Source of the DNA: Squalus acanthias | Lineage: Eukaryota | Assembly (NCBI GenBank): GCA_030390025.1 | Contig: CM059430.1 | Span: forward strand, 47,554,001 to 47,618,000 | DNA: 64,000 nucleotides | Reading direction: 5' to 3' | Part shown: in pieces, positions 61,619-64,000 of the stretch | How the letters are laid out: every line of letters starts with the position of its first letter | Numbering within the stretch: position 1 is the first letter of the stretch | The notes under the pieces: generated by a model | Databases searched by the model: none | Told to the model about the DNA's origin: nothing | Seen by the model: only the letters and a program-made list of their open reading frames with translations | Translations under genes and position numbers: made by a program

Positions 61619-63137
61619 TAATTCCTTACAAAGATCTTCCGATCGCAGCATATACTCTTTAGGGGAGCCAGCAGTGGCAAGAAGAGGGAGAATAAAAATT
61701 AACTTGCAGTTTTCTTTCTCAATTTCCTATATTATTCAACAACCTTTGAATTCAAGTCATTAATATTTTAATGTTATTACAATTTACTTGACAAGACTCC
61801 TATCACACCTAACAAAATGACACTAATTTTTTACTTACCACAATCTTCATACAAAATGCAATGAATTTTGTATGAGAACAGTACTGATGGATTCAACCAA
61901 ATCTCTAATTATATGTGGTTAAGGAATTACAAAGTTTTAAAATACATTTTCCTTTTTCTTTATATAGAATTATTTTTTGCAAAGGCAAATTAATAATTAA
62001 CATTCTACCTTTCTCTCTCATTCTAGCCTGGCTGCCATGCAGCTTCCTTCAGCTGAGCGGGGGAATGAGGACCAGAATTACTAGCGCCTGTACAGTGGCA
62101 TTTCATATTCACCCAAGGGAAGCACCCTCACCTGTGCATCATCTGTCTGTTATTCTTTACTCCAGGGTGATCATTCCGATCCTCTTGTCAAAAAGCATCG
62201 AAGTTCATTACAATTGATGGTTCAACTATAAACCATATTTTTTTTTTGGGTGGGGGAAGGGGTGAGTGAAAGAGGGAAGAGCGATTCCTGGTTTCTTTAA
62301 ATGTTACTTCCAACTAAGCAGCCTTCTCTCATGTAACGCACACACGCTGCTCAGTATTCAAGATAAAGCCTGAATGTCAACACTGCTTTTCAGCTACTGG
62401 AAGAACACCACCACATACTGCAGGACAAGTGAAGGCTTGTCTGGGAATGATGCCCATTTAATGCAGCTACTACAGACAAAAAGCTCTTAGGCACATATTC
62501 TGCTGCACAAATTTTTTTTTAAGATTCAGTGTCATGATGGATGGTCTCTCATGGGACTGTTTGGTATTTACCTTATGCTTCGATGGACAGGTATTTCAAT
62601 ATAATTAAATTGCCACTTCAGTTGCTCCTAATTCTCACTACACTGCTGCTGGTAGGAGGTCTGACTGATGTTGCTGCCACAGAGTCACAGGTTACACATT
62701 GGCATAGCAAACGTCACCTTGTTTCAGCATTACTTTTTTGATTGAGGTTGTGAAACATCAAGCTGCTGGCAACAACAGTCAGGTCCATATATGCACAATG
62801 ACACCAGGGTACAGCAGCCTGTACTATAACTAATAGGCTCCTGATTTTCTATACTGCACTGGATAGCAATTCTGCCTTAAAGATCCACATCCAGGTGAGG
62901 CAAGTTAAGCATGTAGATACCACCATTACTGAGGAAACTGGGCTCACTAGAAGCTGACTGAAGTGCAGACTGCTCATGAGGGGAGGAGAAAAAAAGCAGG
63001 ATCATTAACACTCAATAAGATGAAGACAACGAGCTAGTTAGTTCATCAACATACTTCAGTACTGGTCAGTTCGTCTTACCAGTAAATCTCAAGAATCTGC
63101 CAGAAGTATAAATGATAGCGTTATATTGTCTATTAGG

Positions 63138-64000
63138 GTAGTAGGGATAAACCAGGGAATTACAGGCCAGTGAGCCTAACATCAGTGGTAGGGAAATTAT
63201 TGGAAAAAATTCTGAGGGACAGAATTAGTCTCCACTTGGAGAGGCAAGGATTAATCAAGGATAGTCAGCATAGCTTTGTAAGGGGGAGATCATGTCTGAC
63301 CAATTTGATTGAATTTTGAGAGGGGGTGACTTGGTGTGTGGATGAGGGTAGTGCAGTTGATGTATTCTACATGGACTTCAGTAAGGCTTTTGACAAAGTC
63401 CCACTTGGGAGACTGGTCAAGAAGGTAAGAGCCCATGGGATCCAGGGCAATTTGGCACATTGGATCCAAAATTGGCTTAGTGGCAAGAGGCAGAGGGTGA
63501 TGGTCGAAGGTTGTTTTTGTGACTGGAAGCCTGTGTCCAGTGGTGTACCGCAGGGATCGGTGCTGGGTCCTTTGCTGTTTGTAGTGTACATTATTGATTT
63601 AGATATGAATGTAGGAGGTATGATCAGTAAGTTCGCAGATGACACGAAAATTGGTGGAGTGGTAAATAGCGAGGAGGGAAGCCTCAGGCTACAGGACGAT
63701 ATAGACGGGTTGGTCAGATGGGCAGAACAGTGGCAAATGGAATTTAACCCTGAAAAGTGTGAGGTGATGCATTTTGGGAGGACTAACAAGGAAAGGGAAT
63801 ACACAATGAATGGTAGGATCCTAGGAAGGACAGAGGAACCTTGGTGTGCATGTACATAAATTCCTGAAGGCAGCAGGACAGGTAGATAAGGTGGTTAAAA
63901 AGGCATATGGGATACTTATATACTATGCCTCGGCTAATGAAAGCAAGAGCAGGGAGGTTATGATGGAGCTGTACAAAACGCTAGTTAGGCCACAGCTGGA
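63138..64000 (+). mobile_element. CR1 LINE RT fragment running off the window
   Basis: NYRPVSLTS, YMDFSKAFDKVP, GVPQGSVLGP and KFADDTK, with frameshifts. Confidence 0.93.

Overview
Vertebrate genomic DNA, almost certainly from a cartilaginous fish (shark), judged from HE1-type V-SINEs, SacSINE1-like DeuSINEs and many CR1/HER1 and L2 LINE fragments. The only host coding sequence I can support is one 159-bp minus-strand exon of CFDP1/BCNT (19902-20060; BCNT-C domain; corresponds to human exon 6). The rest of the window appears to be the two large flanking introns. These are filled with nested mobile elements: CR1 and L2 LINEs, several SINE families, Harbinger-like, hAT-like and Tc1/pogo-like MITEs, and two Penelope-like families. 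One Penelope copy keeps an uninterrupted 616-codon RT + GIY-YIG frame. The most striking system is a set of five minimal hammerhead ribozyme motifs carried by Penelope-like elements. One family appears as a 1.3-kb copy, a 199-bp hairpin and a 93-bp ribozyme-only insert, each with a 12-bp target-site duplication and each placing a ribozyme in the sense strand of the CFDP1 pre-mRNA. Family names come from recalled consensus sequences, not from database searches, and the ends of old repeats are approximate.
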